This document shows positions 7,382 to 17,300 of a stretch of 48,818 bases of DNA, in pieces (the first letter of the stretch is position 1; every line of letters starts with the position of its first letter). Source of the DNA: Clostridia bacterium (GTDB taxonomy: Bacteria > Bacillota > Clostridia > Oscillospirales > CAG-272). The notes beneath the pieces were generated by a model. That model was not told the origin of the DNA. It saw only the letters and a list, made by a program, of their open reading frames with translations, and did no database searches. Made by a program: the position numbers and the translations under genes. Where the stretch lies: positions 1 to 48,818 of the forward strand of contig CAAGJL010000030.1 of NCBI GenBank assembly GCA_900770145.1, read 5' to 3'.

Positions 7382-8146
7382 TTACTCTCCTTTTTCCGCT
7401 TCTTCCGGCTTTGCCTCGGCGGATACCTCCACGGGCTCTCCGATTGCTTTGAGATAGTCGATATTCATCATCCGCTTGCCTGCTTCGTCAATCGTGCGGG
7501 AGTTCTGAAAAATATCCTTCAGCATTGTTGCCACACCAACCGCGGCAAGGCGCGCCTGCTCGGAGCTTTCCGAATTTCCGTTCAAGGCTTCTTTCAGTTC
7601 CGAGAGACCTTTATACACTTTTTCCAGTGCCGCGATGGTGCCGGAAACGCCCTCTTTGACGGCTTCCCCGGTTTCTTTCTGGGTATTGATGTCTTTCTTG
7701 AGCAAAAGCAGATCGTCGTTGGTGCTCCTGATAGAGACCTCCTGCCTTTTCCGCAGGACAAAGAATGTAATTCCGATCACAACGATAAAAATCATCGCAA
7801 CCGTTGTGACGATGTTTTCCGGCTTGAAAAACTCCTCCAGCCGGTCGGCAAGCGTGACATCCTCGCCGTTGGTGCTCTCCCACTGCTCCATCAGTTTTAC
7901 GATGTTCTCCGCCAGCCCCTGCGGAAGTTCGTCTTTGATCATCGCATATACCTTGTCGGCAATCTCTTTGTAATCCAGCGAATCGTTCTCGGGCTGTTTC
8001 GTCTCCGTTTCTCCCTCGCCCTCTTCCGGCTTCGTTTCCGTCTCGCCCCCGGCGGGCGGGGTTTCCGCGTCCTCTGCCGCCGCCCAAAGCGGGAGAGCGC
8101 ACAGAGCAAGCAGCAGCACCAGTACCGCAACAATCAGTCTTTTCAT
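7382..8146 (-). CDS. bitopic secreted/membrane protein with acidic ectodomain and coiled-coil tail
   Basis: 254 aa with AAGGAGG RBS. Signal peptide MKRLIVAVLVLLLALCALPLWAAA, an E/T/P-rich acidic stretch, a central TM helix (IVTTVAMIFIVVIGITFFVL), then a coiled-coil-like C-terminus. Confidence 0.75.
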   Translation of the reverse strand: MKRLIVAVLVLLLALCALPLWAAAEDAETPPAGGETETKPEEGEGETETKQPENDSLDYKEIADKVYAMIKDELPQGLAENIVKLMEQWESTNGEDVTLADRLEEFFKPENIVTTVAMIFIVVIGITFFVLRKRQEVSIRSTNDDLLLLKKDINTQKETGEAVKEGVSGTIAALEKVYKGLSELKEALNGNSESSEQARLAAVGVATMLKDIFQNSRTIDEAGKRMMNIDYLKAIGEPVEVSAEAKPEEAEKGE

Positions 8147-8159
8147 GTTTCATTCCTCC

Positions 8160-8846
8160 TTAAACCACTTCGTACCCGTCGATATGCGCGGATACTCTCT
8201 GTTCGGTTTTGTGATATGCCGTCATCAGCTTGTACACGGCATCCAGCAAATCATCATAATCCTTGGAGCAGGAAATGTACCTGCCCTTCTCCCCGGTTTT
8301 CACTTCCATATGCAGCACGTTCGTGGGGAGCCCACGCGGGAAAGAAGCGCAGACGAGATATTTCCCGTCCGTCAGAAACTCCCCCGGCACGCACACGGTG
8401 CCGCCGTGAAGCGCGGCGTCATAGGTGCCGCCATCCTCCCGCCGGAAATGAAACACCGTGTCCAGCGGCGCGTCGATTTCAATGGTCAGGCCGTTGCCGC
8501 ACTCCTCACTGTACCGGCTGGTACAAAAGATGGCGTTTTCCATATAAATCATTTTCATTGCGCTGTTTTCCTCCACAACCCTTTCGCTTTTTCCGTTCAT
8601 TTGCCCCTGCAACTCATACCGACACAGCCGCGCCAGCCCGCACCCGAACCGATCTGCCCGGAATCGGATACGCCGAACCTCGTGTTCTTTCATGATCTGA
8701 GAAAGCTGGAGCGAAAACGCCTCTTTCATGTCGCGCCACGTGGCGAAAACGCCCTTTGTCGCGTCCCCCCGGAACGTGACGGTCAGCACGCCGTCGAGGA
8801 AGTGAAAGGCGTAAAAGGTGTCAGACCCGAAAACTTCTGTTTCCAC
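8160..8846 (-). CDS. hypothetical protein downstream of the fibre gene
   Basis: 228 aa. GTG start 13 nt after the fibre stop. No motif recognised. By position it could be a fibre-assembly or accessory protein. Confidence 0.65.
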   Translation of the reverse strand: METEVFGSDTFYAFHFLDGVLTVTFRGDATKGVFATWRDMKEAFSLQLSQIMKEHEVRRIRFRADRFGCGLARLCRYELQGQMNGKSERVVEENSAMKMIYMENAIFCTSRYSEECGNGLTIEIDAPLDTVFHFRREDGGTYDAALHGGTVCVPGEFLTDGKYLVCASFPRGLPTNVLHMEVKTGEKGRYISCSKDYDDLLDAVYKLMTAYHKTEQRVSAHIDGYEVV

Positions 8847-8859
8847 CGTGCGCCGCCTT

Positions 8860-11268
8860 TCAGGAAATCTCCGCCCGCGTTTTGCCGGCGAAGGTGTTTT
8901 CGTATTTTTTGATCAGTGTTTTCTGCACGCTTGCCCTGACCGCCTGTTCTGCCGCCTCCAGTTCTTCCGCAAGACCGCGCAGCCGCTCCCGCAGGTCGTT
9001 GACGGCGTCTCTTGCCGCCTGCCGCGCGACCCTGGTGTCGGCGTATTCCTCCTCGGTGAGAAGACCCTCGGCAAGTTTTGCGGTCTGATAATCCGTGCTG
9101 TCAAGATACTGTTGCCGCTCGGCAAGCATCGTGTCAAGAAGCGCACGCTCTTTGCGCAACTCCCGCGTGGCTTCCTCGTATTCCCTGCTGAATCGCCAGT
9201 TGCGGCGGTGCATCCCCTCTGCCCACGCGCGCTTGAAATAGTTCCGGTCGCCTTCGGTCAGCCCGTTCCAGTATTCCGCGTATTCCGGCGCGGTCAGGCG
9301 CGGGTAAAAGAGTTCCACCTTATCGCCGACCTGAATGCCCCCGGCAAGATACCGCCCCTTGAACGTCATCAGGGTATAGTGCCGCACCGGGGCGGCGGGC
9401 ACAATCTCCTCACTGCCAGTATAAGTGACAATATCGCCTGTTGCCGTGCACACCCGACTCTCTCCCGGCACCAGCTGCGTCCAGTTAATCAGCTGGTCGC
9501 GGTCGATCTCCCAGAAAAACTGGTTGCCGAACACGTCCACGGTTTTCCCGTCCGAAAAGGACAAACGATGGTACTTGTCGCATTCGCCGACCACCGGGGG
9601 CACGACGGCGCGGGTCTGCGTGAGTCTGCCTTTGGCGGGCGACCAGAACGCCAGATAATCCCCTGCCTGCACGTCCTCGATGTTTTTCTCGGTGATCTCG
9701 CCGGTGTCCTTATTGCGCAGCAAGACAGGTGTCCCCTCGATGAAGCAGGTGACTGTTTGCCGGCTGAAATGGCGCACCGGAATCACGGAGCAGACGACGC
9801 TTTCATAGGAACCGGGCGACACGTAACCGGTCACGGTCACAGTGCCATCGGCGTTGTTGCGGACACCGGCATAGTTCAGATTTCCGCCGTAATCATATGG
9901 GGCGGTGTTTGCCACCATCTGCCCGTTGTGCAACACGTAGGTCACAAGGTTGTTGCCGGTATAGGTACTGGCGTCAAACCGGATCAGGTACGTCCGGTCT
10001 CCGCGCACGGTGGCGACCTCGGCGGAGCCCTCTCCGCCGTTGCCGGAGGTGTTGGTGAAAACAACCGCGTCCGCTTTTGCCGCGTCCACCGTCCGTCGGT
10101 TGGCAATCCCGAGGTCATCCGTCGGGTCTTGCATCCGGCAGCTGCCGTCCGCCTCACGGCAAAGTACCGTGTTGCCGCCCGTTCCGGAACCGGAAGCCGG
10201 CAGCGTCGTCTGTCCGCCTTCGGGGGTCACGGCGTAGACCCGCCTGTCCCCGGCGGAGGTCACTTTCCCCAGCGCGCCGATGCTCTCGGCGGTGATGCTC
10301 TCCGCGCCGGCGCCGGGGTCTCCTTTTTCCCCTTTTTCGCCCTTGTCCCCTTTGTTGCCCTTTTCTCCTTTGATGCCGGCGGCGCCGGAAAGATCGGTCA
10401 CAAATCCAAAGCCGTAATCGTTTCTCACATACAGTTTGGCGTTGTCCTCGTCCTCCACAGAGGAACTGATCATCACCATTTTGCCGTAAGGCACATTCTC
10501 CGCGTCGGCATTCATCTGCCCCACGGAAGGGTAGGTTTTGAACACGGCAAACGGATCGCCCTTCTCCCCCTTTTCCCCGGTGGCGCCGTCACTCCCGTTG
10601 GTCACGGTAAAGGTTTTGGCCTGCCCATCGGTCAGGGTCACGGTATAGGTGTCGGTTTTGCCCTCGGTGGCGGTTTTGACGATGTTGGCAATCCCGGTGC
10701 CGGTGGCGCCGGTAGCACCGGTAAGACCGGTATCGCCCCGCTCGCCCTTTTCCCCTCGGTCGCCCTTCAGCGTCCCCGCGCGGAAAGCGGAAAAAACCGT
10801 GTTCATAGTGCCCGCCACGTTTTCCAGATCCTGCACGCGTTTGGTCAGGTCGTTGCAGCCGTTGTATGCCTCTACCAGCGCATCAAACTCCGACGTGGAC
10901 TCCAGATCGATATCGTGGATGACCGCTTCCCGCACGCAGACCGAGAAAACAGGGGCGGAAACAGCACCTGCGGCGTTGGTAACCGTCAGCTGGCAGTCAA
11001 ACGTGCCCACTGCGGCGGTGGCGTTGCCTGACAGGTAATAGGTAATTGTGCCGTCGTTGTTGATGGTGCAGCTGCTCACCAGTTCCGTGCCGTCCGGCTT
11101 CACGGCGGACAGCAGGCAGGAACAATCCTTCGTGACCCGATAGGGCTTTCCGTCCTCGGTCAGTACAAAAATAATCGTTCGCAGGGAATCCCCCCGGTTG
11201 AATTGCAACAGAGTCTGCGAGCCTTTGTTGTGCATGTCCAGCAACACTCTGTATTCCACGTTGTTCAT
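8860..11268 (-). CDS. tail fibre / receptor-binding protein with BppU-like N-terminus, three collagen-like Gly-X-Y runs and a Hint (intein-like) domain
   Basis: ATG 11268 with AAGGAGA RBS. Gly-X-Y runs at 10693-10764, 10552-10587 and 10306-10377. CFIEGTPVLL... starts at Cys codon 9745-9747 and the domain runs to about 9322, followed by a coiled-coil C-terminus. The + strand ORF 8818-11031 is antisense. Confidence 0.8.
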   Translation of the reverse strand: MNNVEYRVLLDMHNKGSQTLLQFNRGDSLRTIIFVLTEDGKPYRVTKDCSCLLSAVKPDGTELVSSCTINNDGTITYYLSGNATAAVGTFDCQLTVTNAAGAVSAPVFSVCVREAVIHDIDLESTSEFDALVEAYNGCNDLTKRVQDLENVAGTMNTVFSAFRAGTLKGDRGEKGERGDTGLTGATGATGTGIANIVKTATEGKTDTYTVTLTDGQAKTFTVTNGSDGATGEKGEKGDPFAVFKTYPSVGQMNADAENVPYGKMVMISSSVEDEDNAKLYVRNDYGFGFVTDLSGAAGIKGEKGNKGDKGEKGEKGDPGAGAESITAESIGALGKVTSAGDRRVYAVTPEGGQTTLPASGSGTGGNTVLCREADGSCRMQDPTDDLGIANRRTVDAAKADAVVFTNTSGNGGEGSAEVATVRGDRTYLIRFDASTYTGNNLVTYVLHNGQMVANTAPYDYGGNLNYAGVRNNADGTVTVTGYVSPGSYESVVCSVIPVRHFSRQTVTCFIEGTPVLLRNKDTGEITEKNIEDVQAGDYLAFWSPAKGRLTQTRAVVPPVVGECDKYHRLSFSDGKTVDVFGNQFFWEIDRDQLINWTQLVPGESRVCTATGDIVTYTGSEEIVPAAPVRHYTLMTFKGRYLAGGIQVGDKVELFYPRLTAPEYAEYWNGLTEGDRNYFKRAWAEGMHRRNWRFSREYEEATRELRKERALLDTMLAERQQYLDSTDYQTAKLAEGLLTEEEYADTRVARQAARDAVNDLRERLRGLAEELEAAEQAVRASVQKTLIKKYENTFAGKTRAEIS

Positions 11269-11319
11269 GCCGAAAATATCTCCTTTTTTCTTCCATCTTA
11301 CCACGCGGACAGGCGGTTA

Positions 11320-11333
11320 TTATATACCCACCC
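11320..11333 (-). promoter_or_regulatory. GGGTGGGTATATAA motif (copy 1), candidate late promoter element
   Basis: An exact 14-mer is shared with 33550-33563. It ends 51 nt upstream of the fibre ATG, in the only intergenic gap (11269-11355) of this part of the late region. Confidence 0.4.
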
Positions 11334-11355
11334 GTCCGCGCGGGCGGGAGCCCTT

Positions 11356-14300
11356 TCAGGCCGCCCCGATGAGTTTTTGAACGATCGGACGCAGATCCCG
11401 CTCGATATTCCGGAACGGAATCCCGAAAAACGCGGAGACCGCGCCGATAATAGCCGTCACCTTCTGATAAGCGGATTTCGTGCCGCTGTCTATGGATTTC
11501 AGCGCACTGACCAGATCCTCAAACAAATCCATGTCCATCCGGGAAACATCGTACCCCTGGCACAGGGAAACAATATCTTTTGCAAACGGGATATACGTCA
11601 GCGGATTGAAATTGTCCAGAAAATCCTCCAGGGCAGCTTTCCCGTATTTCTCGGCATAGGTCTCGTCATCATCGTCCCCGATGTGCCGCCATGCCACGAC
11701 AACCGCTTTGAGCAGAGAGTTCAACACGATGGAGGCCGTCACCGCCCCGACCGCGCCCGATATGATTTTTGCGCCCTGCTTTCCGCCGATTCTCTTACCC
11801 CTCACAAAAGCGTCCGCCACCATGTTCATCGTGGTGGTGGGTTCCGCCATGAATGCGGTTGCCATCTTCATCCCGGTGTCTTTGCTTCTCATCAGTCCGC
11901 TTCTCGACAGCACGGAATCGTACACCTGCGTCAGGGTGATAACCTGCGTGAATTTCCTGCCCGCCTCGGTGAGCAATGCCTCCCCCGAAAGGTCGGTCGT
12001 GTCCGCCACAAGCGCCTTTGTCGCGTTCCAGATGTAGCACCACGTCAACTCGTCCGCCATGGACGGAGCCTTGGAAAGCACCTCGTCCCGATAACTGCCG
12101 TCCTTCAGGAACGCCGCGATCTTGTTCCGGAGCCCCTCGGGTGCTTCTGCTTTCAGCCAATCAACGGAACCTTTGCCCATACCGGTGTCAAAATACCCCA
12201 TCTCCTTGATGCCCGCCACCGGCGCATATTTCTTGCACTCCTCCCAGACGGCGCGATGCTGACGGAAGTTAAATGCCTGCGCAAAGGTTTTGGCAAAGTA
12301 TTTGGGGCTGATGTACGCCATTGCCCGGCAAATGGCTGAGGGCTGCTGAATCGTGACCGAAGCGGAGGCAAACACCGCGCCCTTTTTGGCAAGCGACATC
12401 AGTTTGCCGATCTCTTCCGCCCCGCTTTGCCGCGCGCCGCCGTTCAGATCGGTCAGAAGGGTGCTGATATACTCGTTGACCCCCGTTCCGTATGCGTTCT
12501 GCAACGCCTGTTTGACCGAGGAGGTCTCCGCCTTGTCGTCGGTTTCCGTTTTGTAGTTCCATACCCGGTTGAAGTCCTCCAACGGGAGAACGAACGAATG
12601 GTACATCGCCATGTCGTTGCAGTGCCCTGCCCATACGTCCATAAAGTTGCTAAGGATGATCGGGTTGTTTGCGTGCGCCACGGTCGCTTTGGAAAACCCG
12701 GAGTTTCTGATCCGCACCTCGCCCGCCACCTCGTTCTGCTGATACAGAAACTGCCGTGCGGACTTCAGCGGGAAGTATGTTTTCTCCTTGAAAAGTTTCA
12801 CGCCGTACAGGGCCAGGGACACCTCGTTGCCCTTTTCCCCCATCACCTCCGAAAGGTACGCCTGCATCTCGTCCGCAAACGCCCGCTGTTCCGGAGAGAG
12901 CGTGCCGCAGATTTCGGCAATCACCTCTTCGGAAAGATTGAAAGCGGTTGCCGTGTTGACCCGGTATTTCACGGGCACGCCGTATTTCTTTTCGGTGACT
13001 TCGATTGCGCCGTCAAACACAATGCCGCCCTTTGTCAGGTGTTCTGTCGCCTGCGGGCGCTTGGCATACGCGTAAAGGGACAGAATCTGCTCCAGCGTCA
13101 TCTCAAAGGTTTTTCCGCTTTTGGCGGTGAACCGATACCGCTTCCCGAAGTCCCAGCCGGAATACCCGTGCTTTTTGTACTGCTCCTCCCTGAATGCCTT
13201 TGCGGCAGACATATCGCGGTACCAGGCGTCCTCGCCGCTTCGCACGTTTTCATACAGTTCGGTAAAGGTATCCGAGCCGATCATGCGCATCGCGTAAACC
13301 GGCTTTAAGGACTTCCAGCCGAATTTTTTCAGCCACCGCAGGGCGGCAACCTCCCTTGCGTGGTCTCCCCCGGTGGCCCGCACCTGCCCCCGCACGGCTT
13401 CCCCCAGTTGCGTGATGGTTTCCGCCTTGTTTGTAAGAAAGACTTTGTTTGCATTCCGGACGGAAGTGAGGATCATCCGGTACATCCCGTACACCTCTTC
13501 CAACTGTTCCAGGGTCATATCCCGGATGGAGGTATCGCCCACCTTGCCGATGACGTCGTCAATCTTGTTTTCAATGACCTCATCGTGGGCATTTGCAATC
13601 AGCGGGTCATCGGAGTTGATGATGTCCGCATACGCGGTTTTCAGCCGTTCCAGTCTGCCCTTCAGGGTTTCGCCCTGTTCCGCAATCCGGTCGCGCGTTG
13701 CCTGAAGCTCCCTCACCACATCCGGGTCGGTCTCCTTTGCAATCAGTGCGTCGTATTTCGCCACCCGCGCATCCGCGCCGACGGTGTCCATATTGACCGC
13801 GTCCAGCGCTTCTGCCACGATTTTTTGCATGCCGATCAGAATCTTGTTTTCTTTGAGGTAAGCGTTCAGCTCCCCGACCACCTTTTTGACCTTGCCCCGC
13901 ATTTCGGTTTTGTTTCTGCCCTCTGCGGCTTTTCTGCGCGACTCCTGATTTTTCTGCACAATGTCACTTACGGTCTCGGCGGTTTTCTTCTTGTAGGCGT
14001 TCAAAGCCTCCCTGTAGCGCGCCGCCTCTGCCTTCTGCACCCTGGCGGATTCCCGAGACAGGACGTTTCTCAGCGGTGCAGACGCCTCCAGGTTGAAGAG
14101 TTGCCGGTCATAGTTGCTGATTCGGCGCTCCAGTTCCGTGGCGGTTTTCTGAAGTCTGCCAATCTGTTCCGTATCCCGCGCTCCTTTGGAAAAAGACAAT
14201 TCCCGGATTTTTGCCCTGGTGGCGGTCAACTGCTTTTCCGATTGCTCCATCAGGCCGATTTTGGTTTTGTACTGCCGCAGTTTTTCTTTTTCCGTTTCGT

Positions 14301-17300
14301 TCTGCGCCACGCTCTCCAGCGCGTTTGCCAGCAGTGAGCGGGCGGAAACGTTCTCCCGGTCGGAAAACAGGGCGCTCTCGCCCAGCACCCCGCCGGGTCG
14401 TTCCGTGTAGCCATAATGCCGCAGCGCGTCCTCCGGTAAAATATCCGGAAAATACCTGTTGACAAATTCGAGAAGCTCTGCTATACTGATAGTGGAACGG
14501 TAATCCGGGTGAAAGACCGGAGGCGCATCGAGCGCAGCCGTTCCTTTTTGTTTTGCATTGATGGAATACAAAACATCCATAGACAGCAGTTCGTTGCTGA
14601 AACGGTTGACCACGGATTCCACAATCTGCACACTTCCACCCTCGCGACCGGCAACGCCGATGAGCACATAACATGCGCTTGCTTTTTCGTTTTTTGGTAC
14701 CAGTTCGTTGATGACGACAGAATTTGCAAGAATTTCGCCCGCATTCACCGTGACCGGGGCGTTTTGCGAAAACCGCCTGTCAAGGCTATGGATAAGCCCC
14801 GCCTTGGAAAGAATAACATCCGCGCCTGCATCTTTCACATAGACCGAAACGCTCCCGTCCTTTGCGTTGAATTTTCCGATTTTTGCGGCATTCTTCCGCG
14901 CCAATGCCACCACATCCGCGCGGTTTGCGGGCGCGGTGTCGCCCAATACCGTCACCTTCATATCCGGTTTGGATATCAGTTCCTCATAAGAATATCCCGT
15001 TTTCTTATTTTCTGCAGTTTCACGGGTGGATTGCTTCACGGAATCCTTAGTGACGATTGCGGAAACTTTTCCGAACATATCTGTACTCTCAACGGTGAAT
15101 CCGTCCCCCAGTGCATCTCTCAGATAACCTACCAGTTCAGACCGTGTAAAGCCTTTCTGGTAACTGCCGGTGTTTGAAATATACACCTCAAGGTTGCCTT
15201 TGCTTATGATTTCTTTGGTAGAAGCGTTCAGCACATCGTCTCCGCGCACATTGATGAACATCGTACCACCTGGATTGAGCATTTCTCCCATCTTTACAAC
15301 CAGTGCGTCCCGCTGGTCCTGCGGCAACACATTGAGAACCGCATTGCTGATGATGACATCATACGTTTTGTCCAACGCGGAATAGTCCGTGTATTTCGGC
15401 GAATAGTTTTTCCCGGGGTAAGGCTCAATATCTTCCACGTCAAAGCCAAACTCTTCAATCCCCGCTCTCGTCCCATACCCGAGCCCACTTGACGCATCAA
15501 GGATAGCACCGTGGAATCCCTTTTGCCTGAGATACCGGTAAATCTTCCGGTAAGAAGAAACCGTAACCTTTACCTGTGTGGGATTTCTCGTCTCGCTTTC
15601 CTCTGCCGAAACATCCCAAAGATGCGGAAACCGCTCTTTTGCTTCCGCAGTTGTCAGACTTCTTTCCCACGCGCCCGATTTTGGCTGAACAGGCTCTACT
15701 TCCCGCAAAGAATACCGGATGTCAGGAGACGAGGTAGGCTTTTTGTTGTCTGCGTTTTTGAATTGTTCCGAGGTAAAGGCAACATAAACGGTGGAATTTT
15801 CGTATTTTCCATCGACAATGTAGCCATCGTAGCCGAGAACCCGCTTCACCGTAAGCAGTACCGTTTCGGCTCCTGCACCGGAATTTGCAATATTCGCAAG
15901 AATTTCCGAATCGCTGTCACAGTATTCCATACACGATCTGACTGTATCGTCAAGCGCACGGGTATACCAGGTCTTTGAAGGATACCCCATTCCACCCGCA
16001 GAATCGTAATTGATAATCACGTCATCGCCGGTAGGGTCAATGGCTTGAATCAACCGTCTTACCTCGACAGGGGTGAGCGTTATTTTGCTGTCGGACAAGG
16101 GCTTTTTAATGCTCAGATAGCCGTCAAGCAGTTGCCCGCCGTTTCTCTGATATCCCTCTGCCATATCCTTGTTCTGCGTGAAGTAGATACCTTGCCCCTC
16201 AGAAGAACCGTTTCTGCTCATAAACTGATAGGAGAACTCCGTAAACACCGCGGGGGAACCGTGATATACGCGCAGCAGGTTTCCGTTGGCGTCCACGACC
16301 TTTGTCCCATCGAAGTATTCCCGTTGCTCATCGGAAAGTCGCTCCCCCTCGCTGTCGGTCTCGCGCAGAGAATACCGGACGCCGGAGGCTTCGGAATTCT
16401 CGGAAACCTTTTGCCGAACCCGCGAAGACCTGTCACTCACGGAACCACGGCCGGAGAAATCGGTATCCGATCTGATGATTTCATTTGTGATTCTTTCCAC
16501 GACCTTCGGCATGCTTTTTTTGAGCTCGGATTCCTTCGCCGTCTGCCCTTTCGCATAATCCTTCAGAAGCCCGGTGATATACGCGTTGTCAAAGATCGGC
16601 TTCACAGGCATCTGTGGGAGATATTCCCCGGTTTTTGTCTGTGCGAAGGTTTTGAAATCCACCAACAGCTTGTGATAGCCCTCGGTGTATACGTAGTTGC
16701 CGTTTTCATCCGTGTTGAGGAACTGCGCAAACCGGGGGGTCAGCCCGTTTTCCTTGCACACCTGAAGGAATTTTTCCACAAAAGTCCGCTTGGTGATGGG
16801 GGCACCTTCCTTTTCCAGAACCTGAAGCACCTCCGTATATATGTTGACCTGATGGCGGGATACCTTCCCCGTTCCGATGTCTTTTTCGGTTTGAAAATCC
16901 TTGTAGTTTTTCCATGCCGAAATGCCCTTTTCCTCCAGAACAAGCGTGCTTTGCCCGGTGTGAAACGGGATAATCTGGTCTATAAAATCGCTGACCATGG
17001 CGGCGCGGATCTGCAGGTCGTTGATGCCGATGGTAATGTTGCCGACGTTCGGGTTGTTCCTGTTGTCAAAGAAATCCTTGCTGTTGATGTCAATCCCCTC
17101 GACCGTGTCATAGTCGAGAACGACTTCATTCCCCTCAATGTGATACCCCAGGTCTCCTTTGGGAATCAGAGATCTGTTCAGTTTTTCCCCCGTGTCTTTT
17201 ACGGCTTTTGCATATTCGTTGACCTTTGTATACCCTTGCAGGGAAAGCCCTACCGCTGCGCTGTCCGTAATCACCTGAATGATGTCAATCAGGTGGAACA

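Noticed and set aside
8818-11031. Long + strand ORFs within the prophage: 8818-11031, 12427-13308, 13360-14337, 16045-18657, 18796-19989, 29707-31623, 31778-33115, 6104-7267 and 7364-8695.
   Set aside because: They lie antisense to - strand genes that have clear RBSs, recognisable motifs and tight start/stop coupling. Their translations are Arg/His/Pro/Gly-rich low-complexity sequence typical of the non-coding strand of high-GC genes.
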